64,000 nucleotides of DNA from an uncultured virus (IMG/VR IMGVR_UViG_3300020395_001275) (Duplodnaviria; Heunggongvirae; Uroviricota; Caudoviricetes), in the IMG/VR virus record IMGVR_UViG_3300020395_001275. One strand, 5' to 3'. Position numbers and translations under genes: made by a program. Within the stretch, counting starts at the first letter, position 1, and the number at the start of each line of letters is the position of its first letter. A model generated the notes under the pieces. That model made no database searches. It had not been told where the DNA came from and saw only the letters and a list, made by a program, of their open reading frames with translations. Of this stretch, positions 27,588 through 37,130 are shown one piece after another.

Positions 27588-30209
27588 TTACTTTAACATT
27601 GGGTGTCCGACACAATCTATGTAAGTCTGGAGATCTAACATACCTGTCTCTCTGATCTTTCTAGGACCAGTATAAGTATACGTCACTGCAACTGAACCAC
27701 CAGTACCTCTAGCAGGTTGATCTGGTGTTCCAAGATCTCTAATCTTAGGTTTAACAAACCCAAGAACCTTGTTAGTGATAGTAGGTTCGACCAACCTACC
27801 CTTCGCATCGACACTAAACGTACCGATAACTTGTTCTTTCGCACCATTACCAATGGTAATGACAGGATTAACATACTTTCTACCCACGTTGACGGGTTTA
27901 ATATCATTCATAACTGGTATCAAGTCACCACAGTTTGCATATACTGCCTTAGCTCTACCTGGTACAATAAGATCAGGGAACTTTCTTTGGAAGTTAAGTA
28001 TAAATTTATGTTTTGATTTAGTCATCAACTCCACACCTACCTCAAACTGTGGGTTAAATTTAGGATCAATGGTAGCAATAAGGATGTGATCATCATCATG
28101 ATCTGTATCTACCACCTCTAATATATCAGGGTTGGTAGAAGATTCAACACCTTCAGCAGACTTGGATAACATTAATATGTCTCCATCCTGTACATGCTGT
28201 ACTAATCCAGCTTTTGGAACTAGAGCAGCATATTGTTCTTTGGGGCAGAATGTCTCGGCAGGATCAAATCCATATCCAATACCACCAGTGAGTACTGTAA
28301 CTGAGTCTACCACATTTCCTTTCGCAAGTCCACCATCAATGATGTTAGGTCTAAAGGTTGCACCACCACCCTCAGGTTCATTACATGTGAACTGAGCACG
28401 AACTTTTGCTTCTGTATTGACTCTGGATCCTTTATTACGCATGAACACACCAACAATAGCACCTATGTCATCAATAATAGGTAGTGCTTTGACTGGAGTA
28501 GTAGACTGTAAATTATCCCATACCATTTCTGGGAAGCATGGTTTCTTATTCAATATACTATTGTTACAGTTGACTGCTGATGATTGAATCTCACCTTTAC
28601 TATCATAGAAATTCAATGATTCAAACTTCTCTAATGGTCCTCGTGTATCAAAATTCTTCTCAGTTATACCAGTTGCCTTACCTGCATCACTGTCTAGAGA
28701 AACGAGAGCACCACTCTTAGTATCAAATATTTGTTTCTGATTATCCTTAACGAACGGTACAAAACCATTAATGGGTTTACCATCACCAACTACCTCACCA
28801 GCTGCAGGTGGTTTAACTGGGTACTGGTCAACTTCCTTCTGTTTGGCATCATTACCTTTTGCTTTCGGACCATGGCATGTCTCAAATACAGATGCACCGA
28901 TAGCACATGATACTGCACCATCACAAAATAGATCAATGAAGTCTAAGGTCTTACTCAATAAACCTTGGATCATGTCAGCCTGACCCTTGATATTCCCAAC
29001 GACTCCTTTCAACATACTGAGTGCTTCATCTACCTTCTCCATGATCTTACCCATGATGTCACCAATCATGTTCTCAATAAGACATAATGCAGTATCAAGT
29101 ACATTCTCTAATAGATCATTGAGCATACCTTTGATGAAGTCCTTTAGATCTTCAACCATATCTTTAAACAGACATGATACAAGATCACTAACATTCTTAA
29201 GTTCTTCCTTGGCTTTATTATCTAACTCTGGATCTGGTACGCCATTACCATCAAGTTTTTCCTTTACTAGGTTGTTAACATCTTCCATGACAACACCCTT
29301 AATATTACCTAGTAACCCGTTAAGTTTTGATTGAATTCTATTGGTAGTGCTGTCAATCTTTTGTTCTAGGTCAACAATATCACCTGTTCTCTTATCAATG
29401 AAGTCACCTATCTCATTCTGTTCGATACCACGAGCAAACTTCATAAACTCTGCCATAGGACCTTCAAGTTTAGTAGCAGTCTCACCACCACACTTACCAT
29501 TTCCTATATTAACAGTCACACATTTTCTTTCTTGTGCAGCAACCTGTGCCTCTGTCTGTGGTTCAGCAGGACCACGTGGGTTTAGTGTACTATCTGTACC
29601 TTCCTCTTCTGGTATACCTTCGTTATTACTTGGTGATTCCTCTTGTCCTGTCTCTTCATTATCTTCTACTGTACTACCTGTACCACCAACAGTTGTACCC
29701 TCACCACCATGTACCAGTTCATCATAATCAGGTGAAGACAGTTGATCAAATCCGACTGCTGTGCCACCTTCAGAACCATAACCTGACTGTGGGTTCTCAT
29801 CTCCAAGTGCACCTATGATAATAGGAACCTGTGCGTTAGCACCATCCATGAAGAAACCAATTACCCAAGAATTTATTTGTAACTGGTGCAGTGATCCAAT
29901 ACCAGATTTCTGTGGTGATGTGACAGGCATCATAACCAATGCCCATGGTAGTTCTTCAGTAGGTAACTCTATCTTATTAGGACTATGGTATCCCATGATC
30001 CTAACCTTTACCTTGTTAGTCCAGTCCCAATCAATATTTGTTCTACCAAATATACCTAGTGCAGTGTAATTGGTAAGAAGATTAGCAGCAGAACCAGCAA
30101 GATTTTTGGCAAGGTCTGTTGCAAAATGACCACTACCATCGTTCTCAACCTGTCCGACGAACCAGTTGAACCCATCTTTTCCTATAAAATTAGCAGAACC
30201 TTCCGTCAT
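27588..30209 (-). CDS. gp5: baseplate hub protein with gp5 N-terminal OB fold
   Basis: GKDGFNWFVGQVE, KVRIMGYH, LPWA, V.GFF.DG..AQ.P.I.G. Confidence 0.9.
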   Translation of the reverse strand: MTEGSANFIGKDGFNWFVGQVENDGSGHFATDLAKNLAGSAANLLTNYTALGIFGRTNIDWDWTNKVKVRIMGYHSPNKIELPTEELPWALVMMPVTSPQKSGIGSLHQLQINSWVIGFFMDGANAQVPIIIGALGDENPQSGYGSEGGTAVGFDQLSSPDYDELVHGGEGTTVGGTGSTVEDNEETGQEESPSNNEGIPEEEGTDSTLNPRGPAEPQTEAQVAAQERKCVTVNIGNGKCGGETATKLEGPMAEFMKFARGIEQNEIGDFIDKRTGDIVDLEQKIDSTTNRIQSKLNGLLGNIKGVVMEDVNNLVKEKLDGNGVPDPELDNKAKEELKNVSDLVSCLFKDMVEDLKDFIKGMLNDLLENVLDTALCLIENMIGDIMGKIMEKVDEALSMLKGVVGNIKGQADMIQGLLSKTLDFIDLFCDGAVSCAIGASVFETCHGPKAKGNDAKQKEVDQYPVKPPAAGEVVGDGKPINGFVPFVKDNQKQIFDTKSGALVSLDSDAGKATGITEKNFDTRGPLEKFESLNFYDSKGEIQSSAVNCNNSILNKKPCFPEMVWDNLQSTTPVKALPIIDDIGAIVGVFMRNKGSRVNTEAKVRAQFTCNEPEGGGATFRPNIIDGGLAKGNVVDSVTVLTGGIGYGFDPAETFCPKEQYAALVPKAGLVQHVQDGDILMLSKSAEGVESSTNPDILEVVDTDHDDDHILIATIDPKFNPQFEVGVELMTKSKHKFILNFQRKFPDLIVPGRAKAVYANCGDLIPVMNDIKPVNVGRKYVNPVITIGNGAKEQVIGTFSVDAKGRLVEPTITNKVLGFVKPKIRDLGTPDQPARGTGGSVAVTYTYTGPRKIRETGMLDLQTYIDCVGHPMLK

Positions 30210-31477
30210 GATGTTGGTGGAGAACCAGGACTATCTGTGTATAAGACTAATTTAGTACTCATCATATCTCCTGATGATAGGAATTGTTTCTCAACTCGAC
30301 CGATAACATATCTACCACTGTTTTCATAATCCAATTCTTTATCCTTACCTTTAAACGTCAATACCTCAACCACATCACCTACTGTGAGTTCGTTAGTACC
30401 AATATATTCTACTTCTGCTGCCTTATTGTAAAATAATTTTTCCCTTAGGGATGCTTGGGATAGTTGCTTTGTCATTCCCTTAGTCATTGTACCCTCTGTG
30501 AAGAGAGCAGTATCCATAATCTTAGACATAATACGAGTATGTGCGTTGTCTCTATCAAATTTCTTATAGTAATCTGGTGCTACGAAGTTATCGTTCATTA
30601 AGGGCACATCCTTGTAATATTTAGTTATGTTGAAAGGATGTTCCACATAATTCATGTCCTTAACATCTAAGGTCATAACCATACTATTGAATGATCCTAC
30701 GTTAAGACCCATCAACACATCAAAATTTGATGTGATCTCTAGTTTATTAATAGGTATGATATTCTTATCTTCCTCAGGTTCCTCATCAGCTGCAGGTTCA
30801 TGTCCTACTACTAATTTCTTGATTGGTTTTTGACGGGAGAAGTAATCATATGATAAGAAGTTATATCCTCTCTTATTCTGGAAGAAACAATAACCAGCAG
30901 ATGCAGCTTTAGTTCCCTTCTTCTTCTCTGGTATACTCTTAGCACATAACCATTTGATGATAGTATATGGTGACCAGTATGGTGATATGAATGAAAACTT
31001 ATTCTCTGTCTTCTCAATCTCCATTGTATAACTTGTATTCAATACGTCCTTTAAGATCTCCTTCCTTACAATTTCACTAATCTTCTTACCACCACCTTTA
31101 CCAAATCGTCTGGATAATTTAGTAGCAGCATTGTTTACAAGATCATATGTACATATTAATAAGGTAGCCTTAGACTTACCATCTTTAGTTGTCCTATCCT
31201 GTATGTCATATATGACACCATGGATCTGATAAAAGTTAGTAGTTGGTTCTTCTGTATCTTCCCATCCAACGAATACAGGTTCCATACCTTGTAATGTTGA
31301 TACTATACCAACGTCACTATCAGTTATCTGTGCTTCCAATCTTACTGACGCACTACGAATATCCTCTGTATATTTTAAATACAGAACATGGTTCATGGTT
31401 AAGGGCACTGGTTCGTCTAATGCAGGTGAACTGATTACGAAGTGCCTTAGACTAAAATTTGACTTGGTTTCTTGCAT
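30206..31477 (-). CDS. baseplate hub protein (gp27 / late-control-D-like)
   Basis: Position; P.W.P...IKWL, GY.FFQ...GYNF.S, L.VGD.V and SGRY.I motifs. Confidence 0.7.
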   Translation of the reverse strand: MQETKSNFSLRHFVISSPALDEPVPLTMNHVLYLKYTEDIRSASVRLEAQITDSDVGIVSTLQGMEPVFVGWEDTEEPTTNFYQIHGVIYDIQDRTTKDGKSKATLLICTYDLVNNAATKLSRRFGKGGGKKISEIVRKEILKDVLNTSYTMEIEKTENKFSFISPYWSPYTIIKWLCAKSIPEKKKGTKAASAGYCFFQNKRGYNFLSYDYFSRQKPIKKLVVGHEPAADEEPEEDKNIIPINKLEITSNFDVLMGLNVGSFNSMVMTLDVKDMNYVEHPFNITKYYKDVPLMNDNFVAPDYYKKFDRDNAHTRIMSKIMDTALFTEGTMTKGMTKQLSQASLREKLFYNKAAEVEYIGTNELTVGDVVEVLTFKGKDKELDYENSGRYVIGRVEKQFLSSGDMMSTKLVLYTDSPGSPPTS

Positions 31478-32856
31478 CAGAACTGACTAGTGACTGTGTA
31501 TTCATCAAAATATGGACTGTACTTGACCTTAGGTACAGCTTCAGAGGATCCTTGATCCATAGATCCTTGAGGTGACATTCCTCCAGAGGGTGAAGGTGGT
31601 TTCACCGTTTCGGGTGTTGGATTACGTGCAGCATGAAGTATATCTTGTTGTTTTTGGTCGTTCTCTGCTATCACTTCCTCTGTTAGTTCATTTAGGTTAG
31701 TTTGATCACCACCTCTGATCTTATTGATGATGGAACTACCAGCACCAACTGCCATACCTAGAGGTGTATACTTAAATGCTTTCTTGGCAAAATTACCAAT
31801 ACCACCTAACATACCTTTAAGTTTGTCACCACCTCCCATCTCGTTGAACTTATCTTTAGCCTTACCAAACATCTTCATACCCATACCAACAGGTGTAAGA
31901 TCAAATGCTTTCTTAGCACCACTCTTGAGTCTGTTCCAGAAACCTCCTTTATTTCCTTCACCATCACCCACCAATGATCCACTATATCCCATCATAGGGA
32001 ATGGTTCTGGTATCAATGGATCACCCGTAGCAATTGATGTAGCCATTGCACCGCCAGCTTTCGCATTAGCTTTTGCCGAGAATGCTTTAGTCATCAATAA
32101 CTTCATACCTAATTCAAATGGACTTCTACTCTTGTCTTTCTCTTTTTCTTTCTCCTCGCTCTTAGCCCAATCTTCACGTTTTTTCTTTAGTTCCTCTGGA
32201 TCAAGTTGTTCTGACTCTGCTTTAGTCTCATCTTCTGTTGGTTCAGGAGTAGGAAGTTTGAATGCTGACTGTAGTACAGATAAATTCTTCTTGATTATGG
32301 TAGTACCATCACCTGCTGATGGACTCTTAGACATAGTATCCATCAAACTTGCAGCAGCTGCCTTGGATGGCAACATCATTGCTAGTTGAAATGCTTTCTT
32401 AAATTTCTTATCTACTTCAAAGTCTTCAACTATTGCCTTTGCTGCACCGTCTAATGGTACGATACCACTACTATCTTCTAATGATTGATATGTTTCACCC
32501 TCTGGTGATTCTTCAGTACCTAAACTCTCTGCACTAATATCAACAATGGGTTGGATACCAACAGCACCACCCTCTTTAAATGGTACTTCACCCTCATCAT
32601 CTTTCTCTTGCTTGATATTTAACGGGGGCACCATTTCGTTAACGGGACTTAGATCCACGTTACGAGTCATTGCCTTTACATCATATCCACCTACCTCATC
32701 TAATGACTGTAATCTTTCAGACAATAAGAAATCCTCACGCATTTCTTTCTGCATGAGTATCTTAAGAAGTAAGTTACGATCTTCAAGTAACTCAGTTAAA
32801 CCCTCAAACTTAAGGTTTAAATTTCTAAAGGTCGTTAGCAGTTTATCTCTATACAT
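31477..32856 (-). CDS. tape-measure-like / hub-associated protein
   Basis: G/M/K-rich amphipathic repeats (AF..TP.GM twice); position. Confidence 0.55.
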   Translation of the reverse strand: MYRDKLLTTFRNLNLKFEGLTELLEDRNLLLKILMQKEMREDFLLSERLQSLDEVGGYDVKAMTRNVDLSPVNEMVPPLNIKQEKDDEGEVPFKEGGAVGIQPIVDISAESLGTEESPEGETYQSLEDSSGIVPLDGAAKAIVEDFEVDKKFKKAFQLAMMLPSKAAAASLMDTMSKSPSAGDGTTIIKKNLSVLQSAFKLPTPEPTEDETKAESEQLDPEELKKKREDWAKSEEKEKEKDKSRSPFELGMKLLMTKAFSAKANAKAGGAMATSIATGDPLIPEPFPMMGYSGSLVGDGEGNKGGFWNRLKSGAKKAFDLTPVGMGMKMFGKAKDKFNEMGGGDKLKGMLGGIGNFAKKAFKYTPLGMAVGAGSSIINKIRGGDQTNLNELTEEVIAENDQKQQDILHAARNPTPETVKPPSPSGGMSPQGSMDQGSSEAVPKVKYSPYFDEYTVTSQF

Positions 32857-34657
32857 ATGCCACCTCTACCCTAGTAGCCTTAGAGAACGTATCCACAACA
32901 TAATGACGTTGTATGTCAGGATCCAACTGCTGAGGACCTGAAGGACCTATTACCACTTGAGTTGGACTTGGAATCACAATTGGATAAGGAATTACAGCTT
33001 TATCACCATTTTTAGTTGTCTGGTTGACTGGTTGCTCATTCACTGCTTCCTGTTGAGGATTTGTTTGTGGTGGATTAATCTGATCAGATGCTTCTACTTG
33101 TTCTGGGTCACCAACAAAAGGTAATTTTAGATTACCAATCGCCTTCATTGATCCCTTAATCATATTCCCAACACCGAATTTTTTAGCCACATTCCCTGCA
33201 GTTTTTATACTGCTAGTGTTATTTTGAAGGGGTTCAAACTTCCCTCTGTCTTCATTATTCTGAAAGTCAAAGTGAACTGGGTCTGTAGGACCTTCCCAAT
33301 TGAATCCATATTGCTTACCATGTTTCCTCATCCACTGATTTGCTGGTGAATCTGGAGCTATATCAACAGACCATCCCTTTTGATGTGGTGACTGTCCTAC
33401 TGGTAGTGCATTGACAATACTAGGATCATCTTCATTCTCTACCATTGCAGCCTGCTCTGCATTACTTCTAAATGCAGAAGTAACTGCACCAGGTAAATTA
33501 ATTCCATCTCTTGCTGCATGTGCAACTGCCTTTTTCCATCCAGAAGCTGCAGATGGATTTAAGTTTATCTCATTTCCAAACATATCCTCACCAAGACCAC
33601 TTGGTACAGGTATTGATTTCTTTATTCCGATAGCAGTAGCAGCACTCTTACCAAGATTCATCAAACCTCTAACAGGTCTTTCAAATGCTTGTCTGACTGC
33701 AGGTGTTGGACCTGATCCTGGTCCTCCCTTCTCTGCAGGTCGGAATGGATTAAAGGCATGATCTGGTCTACCTAATAATGGAGGTGCTTCACCTTTCTCA
33801 AATCCTTCATCACTCTGACCTCTCTGAGCCATATCATCTTCAAGAAGTTCACCCCATGATGCATTGTTCTCATCTATTACACGTTCGTTTCTACCTTTAT
33901 TCCACCACTGTATAGGTGCTCGTAGTCCAAACTTGCTTTGTTTAATCTTGAGTGCACCTAACCCAAAAATATTCTTTAACTTATTAACCTCTCCCATTAA
34001 CTTTCCTTTTGATGGGTTGTTTGGTTGTGAAGATAAGAAACCAGCTGTTGCTGCCAACAATGCGTTTGCTGATTGTTTGTATATGTCCTTTATAGTCTCA
34101 CCGAATTTATGCATAGGAACGATGATTTCTGGACCTGCTTCCCCTACGAGTGCTCTAGTTGGTTTAGTAACATATCCACCTTTCGCTAAAAGAACAGGTG
34201 CTACTGTCCTTACAAAGGGTACAATTTTATTAGCACCTTGTATTATAATAGGTAACGCTGCTGCATCAGCAGGGCCAGGTTGAGGACCATCTGCTAGTGC
34301 AAGTGCTATTCCACCCACAATCAAACCAATTCCAATAATAAGACCTCCAACCTTAGCCACCTTGCCCATATCGACTTTAGATTTGACTGTGGTATTTTTA
34401 GGTTTAGGACACTTCTTTTTTCTCCGTGGTTGGTTCTGATCTGCTTGACCACTACTTTCACTCCTTTCTGGTTGTTGCATAGAACCACCAGTTGAAGGAG
34501 ATCCTCCTTTTGTACCAACATACCATCTCTGTCTACCTCTGAGGAACTTGGTTAGTTCATCCTCTTGAGTCATAGACTGAACAAAAGAATCCACAAACTT
34601 ATCACTCACTTCCGTGAGTTGTTGTGCTAAATCTTCTATGGTTGCAGTTGATGCCAT
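32849..34657 (-). CDS. tape-measure-like protein with M15 (VanY-type) peptidase domain
   Basis: AKGGYV..PT.ALVGEAGPE.I.P; SAFRS..EQ, S.H..G.SVDI, W...HG..YGF, VHF. Confidence 0.75.
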   Translation of the reverse strand: MASTATIEDLAQQLTEVSDKFVDSFVQSMTQEDELTKFLRGRQRWYVGTKGGSPSTGGSMQQPERSESSGQADQNQPRRKKKCPKPKNTTVKSKVDMGKVAKVGGLIIGIGLIVGGIALALADGPQPGPADAAALPIIIQGANKIVPFVRTVAPVLLAKGGYVTKPTRALVGEAGPEIIVPMHKFGETIKDIYKQSANALLAATAGFLSSQPNNPSKGKLMGEVNKLKNIFGLGALKIKQSKFGLRAPIQWWNKGRNERVIDENNASWGELLEDDMAQRGQSDEGFEKGEAPPLLGRPDHAFNPFRPAEKGGPGSGPTPAVRQAFERPVRGLMNLGKSAATAIGIKKSIPVPSGLGEDMFGNEINLNPSAASGWKKAVAHAARDGINLPGAVTSAFRSNAEQAAMVENEDDPSIVNALPVGQSPHQKGWSVDIAPDSPANQWMRKHGKQYGFNWEGPTDPVHFDFQNNEDRGKFEPLQNNTSSIKTAGNVAKKFGVGNMIKGSMKAIGNLKLPFVGDPEQVEASDQINPPQTNPQQEAVNEQPVNQTTKNGDKAVIPYPIVIPSPTQVVIGPSGPQQLDPDIQRHYVVDTFSKATRVEVAYV

Positions 34658-34827
34658 CAGCGTCGTTTTCTACGTTCCTCGTCTATTCGTTCTCTCTCTT
34701 TCTGTAAGTGAGAAGCTAGGAGGTTGACATACACGTCCCGTTCCCACGGAATCATGTTTTCTATGTCGGTCAAGCTATATTTATGGTGCTGAACTAACGA
34801 AAAATTCGTCTGGTAAAAGTTCATCAT
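34657..34827 (-). CDS. gp51: baseplate hub assembly catalyst (56 aa; possibly expressed as -1 frameshift extension of gp26)
   Basis: Manual translation MMNFYQTNFSLVQHHKYSLTDIENMIPWERDVYVNLL... Confidence 0.85.
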   Translation of the reverse strand: MMNFYQTNFSLVQHHKYSLTDIENMIPWERDVYVNLLASHLQKERERIDEERRKRR

Positions 34828-34857
34828 GCCCTCATGGAAGAGGGCTATGCGAAAAAA
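34828..34857 (-). promoter_or_regulatory. putative -1 programmed ribosomal frameshift signal
   Basis: In-frame T TTT TTC heptamer, 5-nt spacer, GCCCTC-TTCCAT-GAGGGC hairpin; -1 frame open into gp51. Confidence 0.65.
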
Positions 34858-35543
34858 TCAGCAAGACCTTCGATTACTATTTCACTCTCTACCTTAGTCT
34901 TAGGGTTCTTGACCTTAAGTACATGACGAAGTGTAGGCATAGTATTAAAGAATTCCTGTATCATTCCAAACTGAGAGTTAGTTAGAGTCTCTATCCAATC
35001 TCTTGCTTCCTCTGGAGTGAATGATCCTGTTGCTTCCTCACCCACATATACTCTCTTGATACACTTACCCACCAATTCATATGGATCTATCTTCTCTTTT
35101 GTGAATGTGATAGCAGCAAAGTATTCCATATCTGGATACTTCATCTCTACAGTGATCTCATCACTTATCTTGAATACATTGGTATGTCCCTTAGGAAAAT
35201 GCACCTTGACAGTATCAACCATGAATGTTACATTCACCTCAGTCTCACCGTCATCAGGGCAAGTGACTTTCATTTCAATTTCTTCACTGATTGATCTAGC
35301 ACGAACTTGAAGGAAGATATACTCTATGTCAAACAATGCCAGTTCATCAAGATTAACCTTGGTGACAATGCAGTTATTCAATACAGTTTTTATTGCTTCT
35401 AACGTCTGCTCAGAATCTTGTTGCTCTAATGCAATGATTAAAGTCTTTTGTTCTTTAACAAGGAATGGTCTGTACTTCAGTTTCTTTTTAGTAGAAGGCA
35501 CCGTCAACGTATACGTTGGCGTAACAATTTCAGGTAATGGCAT
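34845..35543 (-). CDS. gp26: baseplate hub subunit / assembly chaperone
   Basis: MPLP.I.TP.Y.L..PS...KYRPFLVKE.K, DIEY.FL..RA.S, ends GL.DFF. Confidence 0.92.
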   Translation of the reverse strand: MPLPEIVTPTYTLTVPSTKKKLKYRPFLVKEQKTLIIALEQQDSEQTLEAIKTVLNNCIVTKVNLDELALFDIEYIFLQVRARSISEEIEMKVTCPDDGETEVNVTFMVDTVKVHFPKGHTNVFKISDEITVEMKYPDMEYFAAITFTKEKIDPYELVGKCIKRVYVGEEATGSFTPEEARDWIETLTNSQFGMIQEFFNTMPTLRHVLKVKNPKTKVESEIVIEGLADFFA

Positions 35544-35545
35544 AA

Positions 35546-36253
35546 TTAATTGGTAATTAAATGACTATACTCGTAGTAGAATCCAACAGTTACTTTTACA
35601 AGGTTTGCTGGTCCTGCTGAGTATGGAATAGATGATACTGTGTATGGGTATGCTTTAGCAAGGTTCACGATAAATCCTATATCATGATCCTTTCTCTTGT
35701 CGCCCTCCTTTTCTGGTTTGGGTACGCCATACTTTTCCAACTTTATGATTTTTATATCACAAGTATATTGGTCATAGTATCTTTGTGCATATGCCTTATG
35801 AACAGTTGTGCTCATAGTATGCTGCATTCCATATAGGTTCGCTGGAGCCTCAATGGGAGCTATGATGTAATCTTGCCAACACCTAAAGAATTTAAAGGGT
35901 AGCGAGTCTGCATCACAGAAAAAACTCACGTCAAGTTCATTGAACACTTTGGCAGATGCCATCTTCTGTGTAATACCTTTCTTGCCCATCTTATAATCAG
36001 AAGCAGACATGGTAACACCAGGCACCTGTATTTCATTACACAACATATTCAATTGATAGTTAACAAGATCATTCCTACTAATACCAGTGGCTTCTTCTAA
36101 GTTATCCTTAAAATGCTTGGCAAGAGTATATCCCTCAGTTTCATCAGGATTACTGATTTGAAAAGCATATAAGTTGGACGCAGAAATACCACCAGTTCGT
36201 TTCAGAACATTTTGCTGAAACTGTGCGATAGTAAATCCCTTAGAGATATCCAT
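35546..36253 (-). CDS. tail tube-like baseplate protein (gp54/gp19 fold)
   Basis: C.E.Q.PG, FF..WQDYI, AYP..VS.I.Y, V.V.F.YE. Confidence 0.75.
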   Translation of the reverse strand: MDISKGFTIAQFQQNVLKRTGGISASNLYAFQISNPDETEGYTLAKHFKDNLEEATGISRNDLVNYQLNMLCNEIQVPGVTMSASDYKMGKKGITQKMASAKVFNELDVSFFCDADSLPFKFFRCWQDYIIAPIEAPANLYGMQHTMSTTVHKAYAQRYYDQYTCDIKIIKLEKYGVPKPEKEGDKRKDHDIGFIVNLAKAYPYTVSSIPYSAGPANLVKVTVGFYYEYSHLITN

Positions 36254-36292
36254 TAATAAATACTGAATATGGTGTGACCATCTTTATTTATC

Positions 36293-36733
36293 ATGGCATA
36301 CAAAGGAAAATATCGAGTAAAGAACTATCGTAAGTACAAAGGTGATCCTACCTCTGTAATATATCGTTCTCTCTGGGAGAAAAAGTTCATGGATTACTGC
36401 GATAAGAACCCTAATGTAGTCGAATGGTCATCTGAAGAAATAGTAATCCCGTACAAAGATCCCGTACAAAAAAAGATTAGGCGGTACTTCCCTGACTTCT
36501 ATATGAAGGTAAAGGAAGCAAATGGAAAGACCCAATCTTACCTCGTAGAGGTTAAACCGAAGAAGCAAACACAACTTCCGAAGAAACCTTTACAACGCAA
36601 GAACCAAAAAGCGTACTTATCGGAGGTAATGACCTATGCCACAAACACAGCAAAGTGGAAGTCAGCAGAACGCTACTGCAGAGACAGACTCTGGAAATTC
36701 AAACTCATCACAGAACACGAGCTCGAAATTTAG
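36293..36733 (+). CDS. gp4: head completion nuclease
   Basis: KYKGD...YRS.WE, WSSEE..IPY, RYFPDF, EVKP. Confidence 0.93.
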   Translation: MAYKGKYRVKNYRKYKGDPTSVIYRSLWEKKFMDYCDKNPNVVEWSSEEIVIPYKDPVQKKIRRYFPDFYMKVKEANGKTQSYLVEVKPKKQTQLPKKPLQRKNQKAYLSEVMTYATNTAKWKSAERYCRDRLWKFKLITEHELEI

Positions 36734-37130
36734 TGAGTATGTAGCCTCAATAGAAGGCAAAAAACTATCAACGACTAAGATAAGACAAGAAATATTTCTC
36801 TCGCTATATGATAATGCAACAGAAAACCCATCAGTGGGTAAGTGGTATCTGTTTGAATATGACCCAAAATTTAAAGATCAATTGAAAGTTTGGGATCAAT
36901 ATCCCCTAGTACAGGTGATGGAATTCAAGAAAGGTAACCTTTTAGGAGCGAATATACATCACTTAAAGGCAAGAGCTCGACTTGGTGCTATAAATAACAA
37001 CAGATTTCCTCAATCTATTTTACGTTATTACATCCCAAAGAAGGCAGACGGGTTATTCTTTGAAGTTGATGACATGGATGTCCCTATTCTAAGTCAATTC
37101 CCCGTAGAAAAATTACATCGCAATAGATAA
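36636..37130 (+). CDS. gp2: DNA end protector-like protein (start uncertain)
   Basis: GK.Y.F.YDPK....L..WD.YPLV...G.N.H.L; follows gp4. Confidence 0.7.
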   Translation: MPQTQQSGSQQNATAETDSGNSNSSQNTSSKFSEYVASIEGKKLSTTKIRQEIFLSLYDNATENPSVGKWYLFEYDPKFKDQLKVWDQYPLVQVMEFKKGNLLGANIHHLKARARLGAINNNRFPQSILRYYIPKKADGLFFEVDDMDVPILSQFPVEKLHRNR

